Under the pieces are notes generated by a model. That model ran no database searches, was not told the origin of the DNA, and was given only the letters and a program-made list of their open reading frames with translations. A stretch of DNA of 64,000 bases, taken from assembly GCA_902494195.1 (NCBI GenBank), contig CABUSH010000010.1, positions 9,523 through 73,522 of the forward strand. Reading direction: 5' to 3'. Within the stretch, counting starts at the first letter, position 1. Each line of letters opens with the position of its first letter. A program made the position numbers and the translations under genes. Shown here piece after piece: positions 21,343 through 30,326 of this stretch. This DNA is from an uncultured Collinsella sp. (GTDB taxonomy: Bacteria > Actinomycetota > Coriobacteriia > Coriobacteriales > Coriobacteriaceae).

Positions 21343-22272
21343 CTAAGCAGCGAGATCTGATGCGTCTTGGTAGGACGCCATAGGACGGGTAGCGCCCGCG
21401 ACCGTGGTCACCAGATCGCGAACGCGGGAGAACGTGGCAGTGACCACCTCGTTGGCACGGCTGTAGTCGACATCGCGCTCGTAGAGCGAAACGAGCGCAC
21501 GGCCCATGCCGTAGGTGCCCGCGGCAGCAGTGAGCGCCTTGACGGCAAACCCAATATGCGGCGTCTGCTTGACGAGCGCGCGGGTGACCGCGCGGATCAC
21601 AAGACCGCCGGCAAGCACGCCCGCGACCTCGTAGCCGCGCTCGGGCTTAATGCCGCGTCCAAAGACGGCAGCGAGCTCAAAGAGCATGCCCACCTGCGCC
21701 AGCGCCATAACGGGATAATCAGCGCCCGGCAAAAACACCAGTGCACCGGTCGCCATATTGGTAAGCGCGCACGAGGTGATGATACGATTGGCCGCCGCGA
21801 TGCGCATGAAGGCAAAGTTCGCCGCAAAAGCCGTTTCCTTGTCGGTGCGATCGAGAATCCAGCGGGCAAGCGTCTCGAGCAGATACGTCTTATCGGTTGC
21901 CGCTACCACGCCGAGCATGGGCGTGGACTCCTCGATAAACGGCACCTCCACAGCAGACTCGGCAAGCACGCACACGGGCGCGCCGGCGATCACGAGCTCC
22001 TGCACGGCACTCTCCAAGCGGTCGGAACCACACGAGAGCACCAGCACCACATCGGTATCGGTCTTTGGAGCAATTCGCTCCTCCCCCAGACGCTCGACGC
22101 GCACAATACCCGAGGTCGTTTGCGGCACAAAGGCGTCACGCACCGTCTCGGCCAGAAAGCGCGAGGCGGACGAATCCAGATAGACCGAGACGCGCACCGG
22201 CGTATCGGAATCCTTCTTAACGGACGCGCCCATCTTAAAAGCGCGGGTCAGCTTATCTACGGGAATTTTCAT
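21343..22272 (-). CDS. Hypothetical protein (no family recognised)
   Basis: 309-aa ORF with host-like composition, tightly packed between rodA and the radical SAM gene. The C-terminal half is Gly/Ala-rich and amphipathic or hydrophobic. Confidence 0.5.
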   Translation of the reverse strand: MKIPVDKLTRAFKMGASVKKDSDTPVRVSVYLDSSASRFLAETVRDAFVPQTTSGIVRVERLGEERIAPKTDTDVVLVLSCGSDRLESAVQELVIAGAPVCVLAESAVEVPFIEESTPMLGVVAATDKTYLLETLARWILDRTDKETAFAANFAFMRIAAANRIITSCALTNMATGALVFLPGADYPVMALAQVGMLFELAAVFGRGIKPERGYEVAGVLAGGLVIRAVTRALVKQTPHIGFAVKALTAAAGTYGMGRALVSLYERDVDYSRANEVVTATFSRVRDLVTTVAGATRPMASYQDASDLAA

Positions 22273-22290
22273 AGCAAACCCCTCCAGCGG

Positions 22291-23517
22291 TTACGCGGCG
22301 CCCGAACGATGCCGCCATATGGATTGTACGATACCCACCGTCAGCAGCTGAATCATCATCGAAGACGAACCGAAGCTAATAAACGGTAGCGGAATACCGG
22401 TAATCGGCATCATGCCGATGCACATGCCGATGTTTTCGAAGGTCTGGAACGCCCACATGCCAACGATGCCCACACACGAAAGACGCAAAAACAGCGACTC
22501 ACACTTAAAGGCGACGCGAATCGTCGAAAAGATCAGCAGCACGTAGAGGCACAGCAGCAAAAAGGAGCCGCAGAAGCCAAAGGTCTCGGACAAAAAGGCG
22601 AAGACGAAGTCGGTGTGGAACTCAGGCAGAAAGCCGCCGGCTGACTGCGTCGCATGGCCCAAACCCTTACCAAAGAAGCCGCCCGAGCCAACGGCGATAA
22701 GCGACTGCTGCAGGTTGTAGGCATCGTCCGAATCGGCATTATCGGGGTCGATAAAGACCGTCAGACGGTTCATCTGATACTGCTTGATGAGCACATCGTG
22801 GCCGAGCAGCGAATCAAAGACCGAATCGAGCGCCAGGACGAGGGCCACCAGGCCCACGAGCAGGGCCAGGGTCGACAGCACCCATTCGCGGCGTGCACCG
22901 CTCATGCAGATGACGATGGCGCCCGAAACCAGCACGACCAGGCCCGAGCCCAGGTCACCCATGGCAACGACGGCCAAAAACGGAATGGACAGCATGCCGC
23001 AGAGCTTGACGTAGTCGCGAACGGTATCGATGCGACCGTTATACTGCGAGCCAAGCGTAGCAATAAAGAAGATGGTGATGAGCTTGGCAAGCTCAACCGG
23101 CTGGAACGTCAAGCCGATACCGGGAATCTTGATCCAGCCCGTCATGCCCAGACCGCCCGTATAGGACAGACCCGGAATCTTGGGCGAGAAGATCACGATC
23201 AGGTCGATGACGAGCAACGCCGTCGAGAAATTGGAAATACCGCGCAGGTCGGAGCGCCAGACCAGCACCGCCAGCACCGTGCCGATGCCAATTCCCAGCA
23301 AATGGCGCGAGAACGAAGCATCGGCCTTAAACTGCGAAGCCGACCAGATAATGATGGCACCGTAGGCGACGAGCGCCACAGTAGCCACGAGCACACCGAT
23401 ATGCACCTTTTGGCGAAACGTGCCGCGCGAGGCCGAAAGTTGCTTGTTGACGCGGTCCAGGCTGCTGCGAGAGCCGGTCTTGGTTGAACGGAACAGATCC
23501 GCCGGAGAAAAATCCAT
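22291..23517 (-). CDS. rodA: SEDS-family peptidoglycan glycosyltransferase RodA/FtsW
   Basis: 408 aa, polytopic, with QPVELAKL, DFVFAF and PLPFISFGSS motifs. Adjacent to PBP2. Confidence 0.85.
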   Translation of the reverse strand: MDFSPADLFRSTKTGSRSSLDRVNKQLSASRGTFRQKVHIGVLVATVALVAYGAIIIWSASQFKADASFSRHLLGIGIGTVLAVLVWRSDLRGISNFSTALLVIDLIVIFSPKIPGLSYTGGLGMTGWIKIPGIGLTFQPVELAKLITIFFIATLGSQYNGRIDTVRDYVKLCGMLSIPFLAVVAMGDLGSGLVVLVSGAIVICMSGARREWVLSTLALLVGLVALVLALDSVFDSLLGHDVLIKQYQMNRLTVFIDPDNADSDDAYNLQQSLIAVGSGGFFGKGLGHATQSAGGFLPEFHTDFVFAFLSETFGFCGSFLLLCLYVLLIFSTIRVAFKCESLFLRLSCVGIVGMWAFQTFENIGMCIGMMPITGIPLPFISFGSSSMMIQLLTVGIVQSIWRHRSGAA

Positions 23518-23526
23518 CGCAACCTC

Positions 23527-25596
23527 CTATCGAACCGAAGAATCGCCCGAGGCCGAAGAGGTATCGGGCTCGTCATAAATCACGCCGAGCACGTCGCGCA
23601 CGACATGCATCGCGGTATCTGAGCCACCGCCGCCCTGCTCCAGGACGGTAGCGATGACATACTTGGGATCATCGGCCGGTGCATAGGCGCAGAACCACGC
23701 GTATTCGTCCTCGCCACTTTTCTCGCCCGTGCCCGACTTGCCGTATACCTGCGGCGTCAGGGTGCCAAAGTGCGCCGCCAGGGACGTCGATGCCGTGTAA
23801 ATCACGTCGTGCATGCCGTTGCGAACAAGAGCCAAATCCGAATCGCTGTTGATCTTGGCCTCCAGGCGCTTCTTCTTGCCCTTGCCATTGTACTTATAGG
23901 CATCGCCGTCGCCATCGCGCGACACGGCAGACAAAAATACGTGAGGCACGTACTGTTTGCCGCCGTTGGCAAGACCCATATAGGCGCACGCCATCTGCAG
24001 GGGCGTCACCAGGATGTCGCCCTGGCCGATAGCAATGTTGGTCATATCGCCGGCATTCCACTTGCGGTCCTCGGCAGAGGCGTCGGTGAAGTATGACTCT
24101 TTCCACTCGGCATCGGGAATACGACCCGCGCCCTCACTCGGCAGATCGATACCGCAGGTCTTGCCTAGGCCCCAGCGACGAAAGACCTCCTGCAGGCCCT
24201 CGGGATGTTGCTCGTCATAAAAGAACGCCTTACCCATGTCGTAGAAGACGGGGTCGCACGAGTTGGCGATACCCGACTGCAGCGTCATGGTGCCGTGGCC
24301 AGACGTCAGCCAGCAGCGCTTGCCCCAAGCCTTGCCCAGACCCGTCCAATAACCCGTGCAGTTGGTTGTCTGCGTTGAAGTGTAGGTTCCAAACTCAAGA
24401 CCGGCCAGTGCCGAGAGCGGCTTGATGGTCGAGGCCGACATGTACTGTCCGCTAATGGCGCGGTTGAGCAGCGGGTGCGAACCCTTGTCATCATTGAGCT
24501 CGGTCCACACGTCATTTGAGACGCCGCCGATAAAGACGGACGGATCGAACTTGGGCTGGCTCGCCATGCCCAGGATCTCGCCATTGTTGGGATCGAGACA
24601 CACCACAGCGCCGTTGCCGGCATTGCTGTAGCCAGTGGTCTTGGCAAGCTCGATAGCGCTCGCCAGCGCCGTCTCACAGGCCTGTTGGATCTTAAGGTCG
24701 AGCGTGAGCTTAATGTCGGAGCCGGCCTTCGCGGGCACGGCGCCGGCCTGACCGGTCACATTGCCCGAGGCATCGACCTTGACGGTCTGCTCGCCACGAA
24801 TACCCTGCAGCAGGTTTTCGTAGTAGCTCTCAACGCCCGCCTGGCCCACGATATCGCCCGACTGGTACGTAATCTTGCCAGCAGAAGCATCATCATCGCC
24901 AGAGGTTTTCTTATTCTGGGCCTCGAGCTGCTCGGAGGTAATGGTGCCGGTATAGCCCAAGATATGGCATGCCGTCTCGCCGTATGGATACTGGCGCTCG
25001 GTACGCTCGGCAATCTTGACGCCCGGGAACTCGCCGGCGTGTTCCTTGATATAGGCAACCGTGGAGCGACGGACGTCCGTCGCGATGGTATGCAGGCTCT
25101 GAGCGCCCTCTGTATTGTCCTGAATATTGCGAAGGACCGCCACATAAGGCATTCCAAGCACGTTGGCAAGATGGCGAACCAGAACCTCATCCTCGGCAAG
25201 GTCGCGGTAGGCCACGACAGCAAGTGAGGGACGGTTCTGGACAAGCGCCACGCCATTGCGGTCGAGGATGCGGCCGCGCACAGCGGGTGTGGTAACGGTG
25301 CGAGTCTGATTACTATTGGCCTGCTTCTCGTAATAGTCCGACGAGACCATCTGCATGCCCCACAGCTTGACGGCAAGTGCCGCAAACATCGCGCCCACAC
25401 CCGTGGTGAGGATGGAAAAGCGGCCCTTAAAGGCGGTCGCCGCGGTATTGCCCTCGCCCTCGGTGGCGCGCGGAGCCGTTCCATGCTGTGTATCGTAGGT
25501 AAAACGGGAATCGCCTCGACGCATGATGACCAGCGCGACCACGATGGCCACAACCAGCACGATACCGGCGATAATAACCGTCATCTGGGAAGACAT
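23527..25596 (-). CDS. mrdA: Penicillin-binding protein 2 (class B transpeptidase)
   Basis: 689 aa with an N-terminal TM segment, SASTIKP (SxxK) and KSGTGE (KTG-like). Follows mreD. Confidence 0.85.
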   Translation of the reverse strand: MSSQMTVIIAGIVLVVAIVVALVIMRRGDSRFTYDTQHGTAPRATEGEGNTAATAFKGRFSILTTGVGAMFAALAVKLWGMQMVSSDYYEKQANSNQTRTVTTPAVRGRILDRNGVALVQNRPSLAVVAYRDLAEDEVLVRHLANVLGMPYVAVLRNIQDNTEGAQSLHTIATDVRRSTVAYIKEHAGEFPGVKIAERTERQYPYGETACHILGYTGTITSEQLEAQNKKTSGDDDASAGKITYQSGDIVGQAGVESYYENLLQGIRGEQTVKVDASGNVTGQAGAVPAKAGSDIKLTLDLKIQQACETALASAIELAKTTGYSNAGNGAVVCLDPNNGEILGMASQPKFDPSVFIGGVSNDVWTELNDDKGSHPLLNRAISGQYMSASTIKPLSALAGLEFGTYTSTQTTNCTGYWTGLGKAWGKRCWLTSGHGTMTLQSGIANSCDPVFYDMGKAFFYDEQHPEGLQEVFRRWGLGKTCGIDLPSEGAGRIPDAEWKESYFTDASAEDRKWNAGDMTNIAIGQGDILVTPLQMACAYMGLANGGKQYVPHVFLSAVSRDGDGDAYKYNGKGKKKRLEAKINSDSDLALVRNGMHDVIYTASTSLAAHFGTLTPQVYGKSGTGEKSGEDEYAWFCAYAPADDPKYVIATVLEQGGGGSDTAMHVVRDVLGVIYDEPDTSSASGDSSVR

Positions 25597-25609
25597 CTAC
25601 GGGCCTCCC

Positions 25610-26182
25610 CTATTTGAGCTTGCGGGTCTTGGGCTTAAAGCGCATACCCGTCTGGCGTCCGCCACGTGCGGAGAATCCATAGCCGGACTGCGGCACGACG
25701 CCGGACATCAAAAACGGAATGGCAACCAGACCCGTCAGGATCGAGGACGGCAGCGCATGGCCGAAGATCGCCACGACAAAGCTCGTCTCCAAACCCATAA
25801 ACAGCAAGATGATGCTGTAGATAACATTAATGACGAGCGCGAAGGCGCCCACAGTGACGCCGCGCGCACTCGGGGTACCGCCCGTCTGACCGACGGCGCT
25901 GTGCACCAGGGCAAAAGAACCCACGGTCAGCAGGAGCGACATAACGCCCACCGGCACGGCAGCGGACAGGTCATAAAACAAGCCGCTGCAAAAACCGCAC
26001 ACGACGGCACGGGTCGGGTCGCCCGAGAACACGCTTAGGCACACCAGGATAATCATGAAGTTGACGCGACCGCCCGCAATGGAGATCTGCGGTGCCAGGC
26101 CTGCCTGCAGCAGCACGCATACGATGGCGGCGATTACAAACGTGCGGGAGCTCATCCCCTGCTCGTGTAGATCCATGGACAT
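25610..26182 (-). CDS. mreD: Rod shape-determining protein MreD
   Basis: 190-aa hydrophobic protein directly after mreC. Confidence 0.7.
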   Translation of the reverse strand: MSMDLHEQGMSSRTFVIAAIVCVLLQAGLAPQISIAGGRVNFMIILVCLSVFSGDPTRAVVCGFCSGLFYDLSAAVPVGVMSLLLTVGSFALVHSAVGQTGGTPSARGVTVGAFALVINVIYSIILLFMGLETSFVVAIFGHALPSSILTGLVAIPFLMSGVVPQSGYGFSARGGRQTGMRFKPKTRKLK

Positions 26183-26187
26183 GCCCC

Positions 26188-27186
26188 CTATTCGTTCGAG
26201 CCGGAATCGGTCGTCTCGGACGTGTCGGAACTGTCATCCGAGCTCTCGTCCTTCGTCTTGGTTGCAGCATCGCGCGACGTTCCCTGCGGCGTGCTGTTGG
26301 CCGTGCTCACGTCCTCATCCGAGGCCGACTGTTCGTCGGTCAGCGAGGTAATGACCAGCACTTCCTCGTTGTTCTCGGCCGTGGTCTGAGCGCGCACCAC
26401 AATGGTGTAGTACACGTCGTTTGCCGATTTCTCAACCGACGAGACGGTGCCGAGCGGTAGACCCTTGGGGAACACACCGCCGATGCCCGAGGTCACGATG
26501 ATGTCGCCGACTTTAACGTCGGAGTCGACGCTCACATACTCAAGACGCAGCGTGCCGTCAGCCTGACCCTGCAGCATACCCTGGGCGCGCGTGTCCTGTA
26601 CCATGGCGGACACACCCGAGTTCTCGTCGCCAATCAGGCGCACGGTGGACGTCTTGGCCGAGACTTCGATGATCTGGCCGATAACACCGGCCGAACTCGT
26701 CACAGGCATGTTGATGGTAAGGCCGTCGGCAGAGCCTTTGTCGATGGTTACGGTCGAGGTCCAGGCATCGCCCGAGGCACCAACGATACGAGCAGCGGTC
26801 GATTTGAGGTTGTAGGTCGACTGCAGCCCGACCAGCCCCTCCAGACGCTCGGCGGTCTTTTGAGCCTCGGAGAGCTCAGCAACCTTAGAGGTCAGCTCCT
26901 CGTTTTGCTTCTTAAGCTCGTCAAGCGTGTCCTGCGACGCCGTAAGGTTAGAGAACACGTTGCCGATCGCATTGAAGGGAGCCGCCACGGCCGAGCCCAC
27001 AAAACGCACCGGCGAGGTAATCGTCGTTACGCCCGAACGCACGGCATGAATCGGCCCTGCCTCGCCCTCGCGGATGTAAAACGTGAGCAGCAACACCGAA
27101 ATCAGGCTGAAAACAATCAACGGGCGCATACCCGTTGATTGTCGCTTGGTATTCAGATTTGTGGAGAAACCCGAAGATCGTGCCAA
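26188..27186 (-). CDS. mreC: Rod shape-determining protein MreC
   Basis: 332 aa with a TM segment, a coiled coil (QDTLDELKKQNEELTSKVAEL), beta-rich repeats and a Ser/Asp-rich tail. Confidence 0.85.
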   Translation of the reverse strand: MARSSGFSTNLNTKRQSTGMRPLIVFSLISVLLLTFYIREGEAGPIHAVRSGVTTITSPVRFVGSAVAAPFNAIGNVFSNLTASQDTLDELKKQNEELTSKVAELSEAQKTAERLEGLVGLQSTYNLKSTAARIVGASGDAWTSTVTIDKGSADGLTINMPVTSSAGVIGQIIEVSAKTSTVRLIGDENSGVSAMVQDTRAQGMLQGQADGTLRLEYVSVDSDVKVGDIIVTSGIGGVFPKGLPLGTVSSVEKSANDVYYTIVVRAQTTAENNEEVLVITSLTDEQSASDEDVSTANSTPQGTSRDAATKTKDESSDDSSDTSETTDSGSNE

Positions 27187-27207
27187 ATGGAATCCACCTT
27201 TTGGAAA

Positions 27208-28251
27208 TTAAGCATTGGTCTGGACGAAGCCGCCATCAAACGCATTGGCCTCGAGCACGCGGGCACAGCCGTTAACGACGTTATCGAGCGCCGTGGGGCT
27301 GACGTTGACCGAAACGCCGGTCTCATCGCGCAGACGCACGTCGAGTCCGCGTAGCAGAGCGCCACCACCGGTCAGCAAAATGCCGTAGTACATAAGGTCA
27401 GAGGCAAGATCGGGCGGCGTGGCATCGAGGGCGTCCTTGACGGCCTTGGCCATCTCGTCGAGCGGCTTGTTGAGCGCGCGACGAATCTCCTCGCTCTCGA
27501 TGCGCACGGTCTTGGGCAGACCGGTGATCACGTCGCGACCGTTGACCTCGACGTCGAGCTCGTCCTTGAGCGGCACAGCGGAGCCGACCTTGATCTTGAT
27601 GTCCTCTGCCGTACGCTCGCCGATGGCAAGGTTGTAGGCATCACGAACGTGCGTGAGGATGGCCTGGTCGAACTCGTCGCCTGCAATACGGATGGACTGC
27701 GAGACGACGATGCCGCCCATAGCGATAACGGCAACCTCGGTGGTACCGCCACCGATGTCGATGACCATGGAGCCGGTGGGCTCCTCGACGGGCAGGTCGG
27801 CGCCGATAGCGGCAGCCATGGGCTCCTCGATCAGATAGGCCTGGCGAGCGCCAGCCTGGATCGTGGCCTCAAAGACAGCACGCTTCTCGACCGACGTGAC
27901 GCCGGAGGGAACGCAGACGACAACGCGCGGACGCGGGGTCCACGGATAGCGCTTCTCGGACGCCTTATCGATAAAGTAGCGAAGCATGGCCTCGGTAACA
28001 TCGAAGTCGGCGATGACGCCGTCCTTCAGGGGACGAACGGCCACGATGTTGCCGGGCGTACGGCCGAGCATGCGCTTTGCCTCGATACCGACCGCCAGGA
28101 TGCGCTCGTCGTTCTTGTCGATGGCGACAACAGAGGGCTCGCGAATGACGATGCCCTTGCCGCGCACGGAGACAAGCGTATTTGCGGTGCCGAGGTCGAT
28201 GGCAAGATCGCCCGCATAGCTACCGAAGAACATATCCATCAAAGAAAACAA
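27208..28251 (-). CDS. mreB: Rod shape-determining protein MreB
   Basis: Actin-like ATPase with DLAIDLGTANTLV and IDIGGGTTEVAVI. Confidence 0.95.
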   Translation of the reverse strand: MFSLMDMFFGSYAGDLAIDLGTANTLVSVRGKGIVIREPSVVAIDKNDERILAVGIEAKRMLGRTPGNIVAVRPLKDGVIADFDVTEAMLRYFIDKASEKRYPWTPRPRVVVCVPSGVTSVEKRAVFEATIQAGARQAYLIEEPMAAAIGADLPVEEPTGSMVIDIGGGTTEVAVIAMGGIVVSQSIRIAGDEFDQAILTHVRDAYNLAIGERTAEDIKIKVGSAVPLKDELDVEVNGRDVITGLPKTVRIESEEIRRALNKPLDEMAKAVKDALDATPPDLASDLMYYGILLTGGGALLRGLDVRLRDETGVSVNVSPTALDNVVNGCARVLEANAFDGGFVQTNA

Positions 28252-28366
28252 CGCAACTCCTGATGTGTTGGATGATTGCTGGAAAACTACTAGATCATCA
28301 TACTAGCGCAAGCCCGGCACCTCACTTGCGGTGAAGCGCCGGGCAAAGCTAAATCCCATAAGGTCA

Positions 28367-29671
28367 CTACTGGTTGTCAGCAGCCGAGAAATCCATATCG
28401 AGCGAGGAAACGGCCCAGCCGATATGGTTGTCGGAGCGCACGAATTTGACGGTGTACTCCTGCTCGCCGCCCTTGGACAGCGATGCCTTCACCTTAGCGG
28501 TCGTCTCGGTCATGGACTGATCCATGCCCTCGACGGACACGGTGGCACCCTGCGGAATCGAGGAGATGATCATCGACTTAGCGTCCTCGGACAGGCTCGA
28601 TGCCAGGCAAGACTCGGCCTTTGCGGTGTCACCGTCGCCGGCAGCCTGGAACAGATCGGTAACGACAGACTCCTGGGACGGGAAGCCAAAGCCGCGCGTG
28701 TAGGCAAAGCCCAGACCGCCCGCGGCGATCAAAATGAGCAGAAGCAGCACGATGAAGACTTTGAGACCCGTGTGGCGATGGCGACGACGGACCTTGGCCT
28801 GCTTACGATCCTGACGGTCCTGCTGGACCATCTCGGACTCGGACAGCGTAAAGAAGCCGGTGTCCGAGGGATCGGGCATAAACTGACCGGTCGCGCCCGT
28901 AGGATCGAGCGGATCGACGGCAGGAGCGTCCATCGCGGGCGCCGGAGCCGTGGCCATAGCCGTCTGGGCAGACAGCGCGGCAAGCGAATCGTGCACGCGG
29001 GCAAGCTCATCGGCCTGCTCGGAGGTGAGCTGGTAGATGCCATCGGCAGTAGCGGCGTTAAAGGCGTCGAGTGCGTCGGAGGGACGGCCGGCGGCAGAAA
29101 GCGCCTGACCCATGCCGGCGTTGAGCGCACGCGTGTCGTCGCGGGGGCCGGCAAAGTCGATAGCCGTGCGGTAGGTCTCCACGGCATCCGCCGGACGGCC
29201 GAGCTTGATGAAGCAACGACCGAGCTCGCCGAGCGCGGCGGCAGGAGCCGGATTGGCGCCATCGATGGCAGCCTGACGGAAGGCAGTACCCGCGTTGGCA
29301 TAGTCGCCCGACTGGAACAGCGCGTTACCCAGGCCCAGATAGGCCTTGAACGGCGTGGCATAAGAAGCGTCCTGCGTAGCAGCAGAGAACGCCTGAGCGG
29401 CCGTCGTGTAGTCGCCCACGGCGGCGAGCGCCTTGCCGCGGTTGGTGAGCAGCGCGCCGCGCTTGCCATAGGTGCCGTCGTTGAGGGCGGCGGCGTAGGC
29501 CTCGGCGGCCTCGGCATACATGCCCAGGTGCATCAAGGCGTTACCACGAAGGTGATCGGCCTCGCCCATAATCTCATCGGGAGTCTTTGCCGCCCCAAGC
29601 ATCTGGGCTGCAGCGGAAAAATCACCCGCGCGGTAAGCGGCGCGGCCCTGTTGGATCAGCTGGCTATTCAA
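28367..29671 (-). CDS. TPR-repeat membrane protein
   Basis: 434 aa. The N-terminus has repeated G..AEA...Y..AL TPR-like units, then a TM segment (VFIVLLLLILIAAGGLGFAY) and a C-terminal domain of about 110 aa. Confidence 0.6.
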   Translation of the reverse strand: MNSQLIQQGRAAYRAGDFSAAAQMLGAAKTPDEIMGEADHLRGNALMHLGMYAEAAEAYAAALNDGTYGKRGALLTNRGKALAAVGDYTTAAQAFSAATQDASYATPFKAYLGLGNALFQSGDYANAGTAFRQAAIDGANPAPAAALGELGRCFIKLGRPADAVETYRTAIDFAGPRDDTRALNAGMGQALSAAGRPSDALDAFNAATADGIYQLTSEQADELARVHDSLAALSAQTAMATAPAPAMDAPAVDPLDPTGATGQFMPDPSDTGFFTLSESEMVQQDRQDRKQAKVRRRHRHTGLKVFIVLLLLILIAAGGLGFAYTRGFGFPSQESVVTDLFQAAGDGDTAKAESCLASSLSEDAKSMIISSIPQGATVSVEGMDQSMTETTAKVKASLSKGGEQEYTVKFVRSDNHIGWAVSSLDMDFSAADNQ

Positions 29672-29682
29672 GGAAATCCCCT

Positions 29683-30225
29683 TTACTCGTGAACGATCTC
29701 GACATGGACGATCTCGTCGCCGGCACGCAGCTGCGAAATCACATCGAGACCCTCGACCGTGGTACCAAAGACGGTGTAACCGGAATCGAGGTTATGCTGG
29801 GCGCCCAGGCAGAAGTAGAACTGCGAACCCGCGGAATCGGGGTCCATGGAGCGTGCCATGGCAAGGGCACCGTCGACATGGCTGTTGCGCGGATTGGTGG
29901 CAAACTCGCCCTTGATGCAGTAGCCGGGGCCACCGGTACCGGGCATGCCGTCGGGGCCCTCAAGACCGGCAGCAACGTCGGCGCCGGACATGTCGCGGGT
30001 ATTGGGGTCGCCGCCCTGGATGACAAAACCGGGCACATAGCGATGGAACTTAAGGCCATCATAGAAACCCATCGTGGAAAGCTCGCAGAAGTTCGCGACA
30101 TGAATGGGAGCGCCCTCGCCGTCAAACTTGACCTTGATGGTACCCTTCGACGTCTCGATAACGGCGCACTCGTCGCCGGCAAGCTGATACTCGGGCGTGT
30201 AGAGCTCTTTCTTAAAACCAAACAT
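29683..30225 (-). CDS. ppiB: Cyclophilin-type peptidyl-prolyl cis-trans isomerase
   Basis: Contains FHRYVPGFVIQGGDP and SAGSQFYF. Confidence 0.9.
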   Translation of the reverse strand: MFGFKKELYTPEYQLAGDECAVIETSKGTIKVKFDGEGAPIHVANFCELSTMGFYDGLKFHRYVPGFVIQGGDPNTRDMSGADVAAGLEGPDGMPGTGGPGYCIKGEFATNPRNSHVDGALAMARSMDPDSAGSQFYFCLGAQHNLDSGYTVFGTTVEGLDVISQLRAGDEIVHVEIVHE

Positions 30226-30326
30226 GTGGTTCCTTCCTCGTGCGTTTAAAGCATATTTGTACGAATTGTAGCAATAAGCATGCGCTTACATCAATTGCGC
30301 ACGTAGGTTATGCCGACTATGGCGAA

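Noticed and set aside
28331-29692. 453-aa plus-strand ORF
   Set aside because: It is antisense to the TPR protein gene and its Arg/Gly-rich translation has no motifs. The minus-strand product has clear TPR periodicity and a TM helix.
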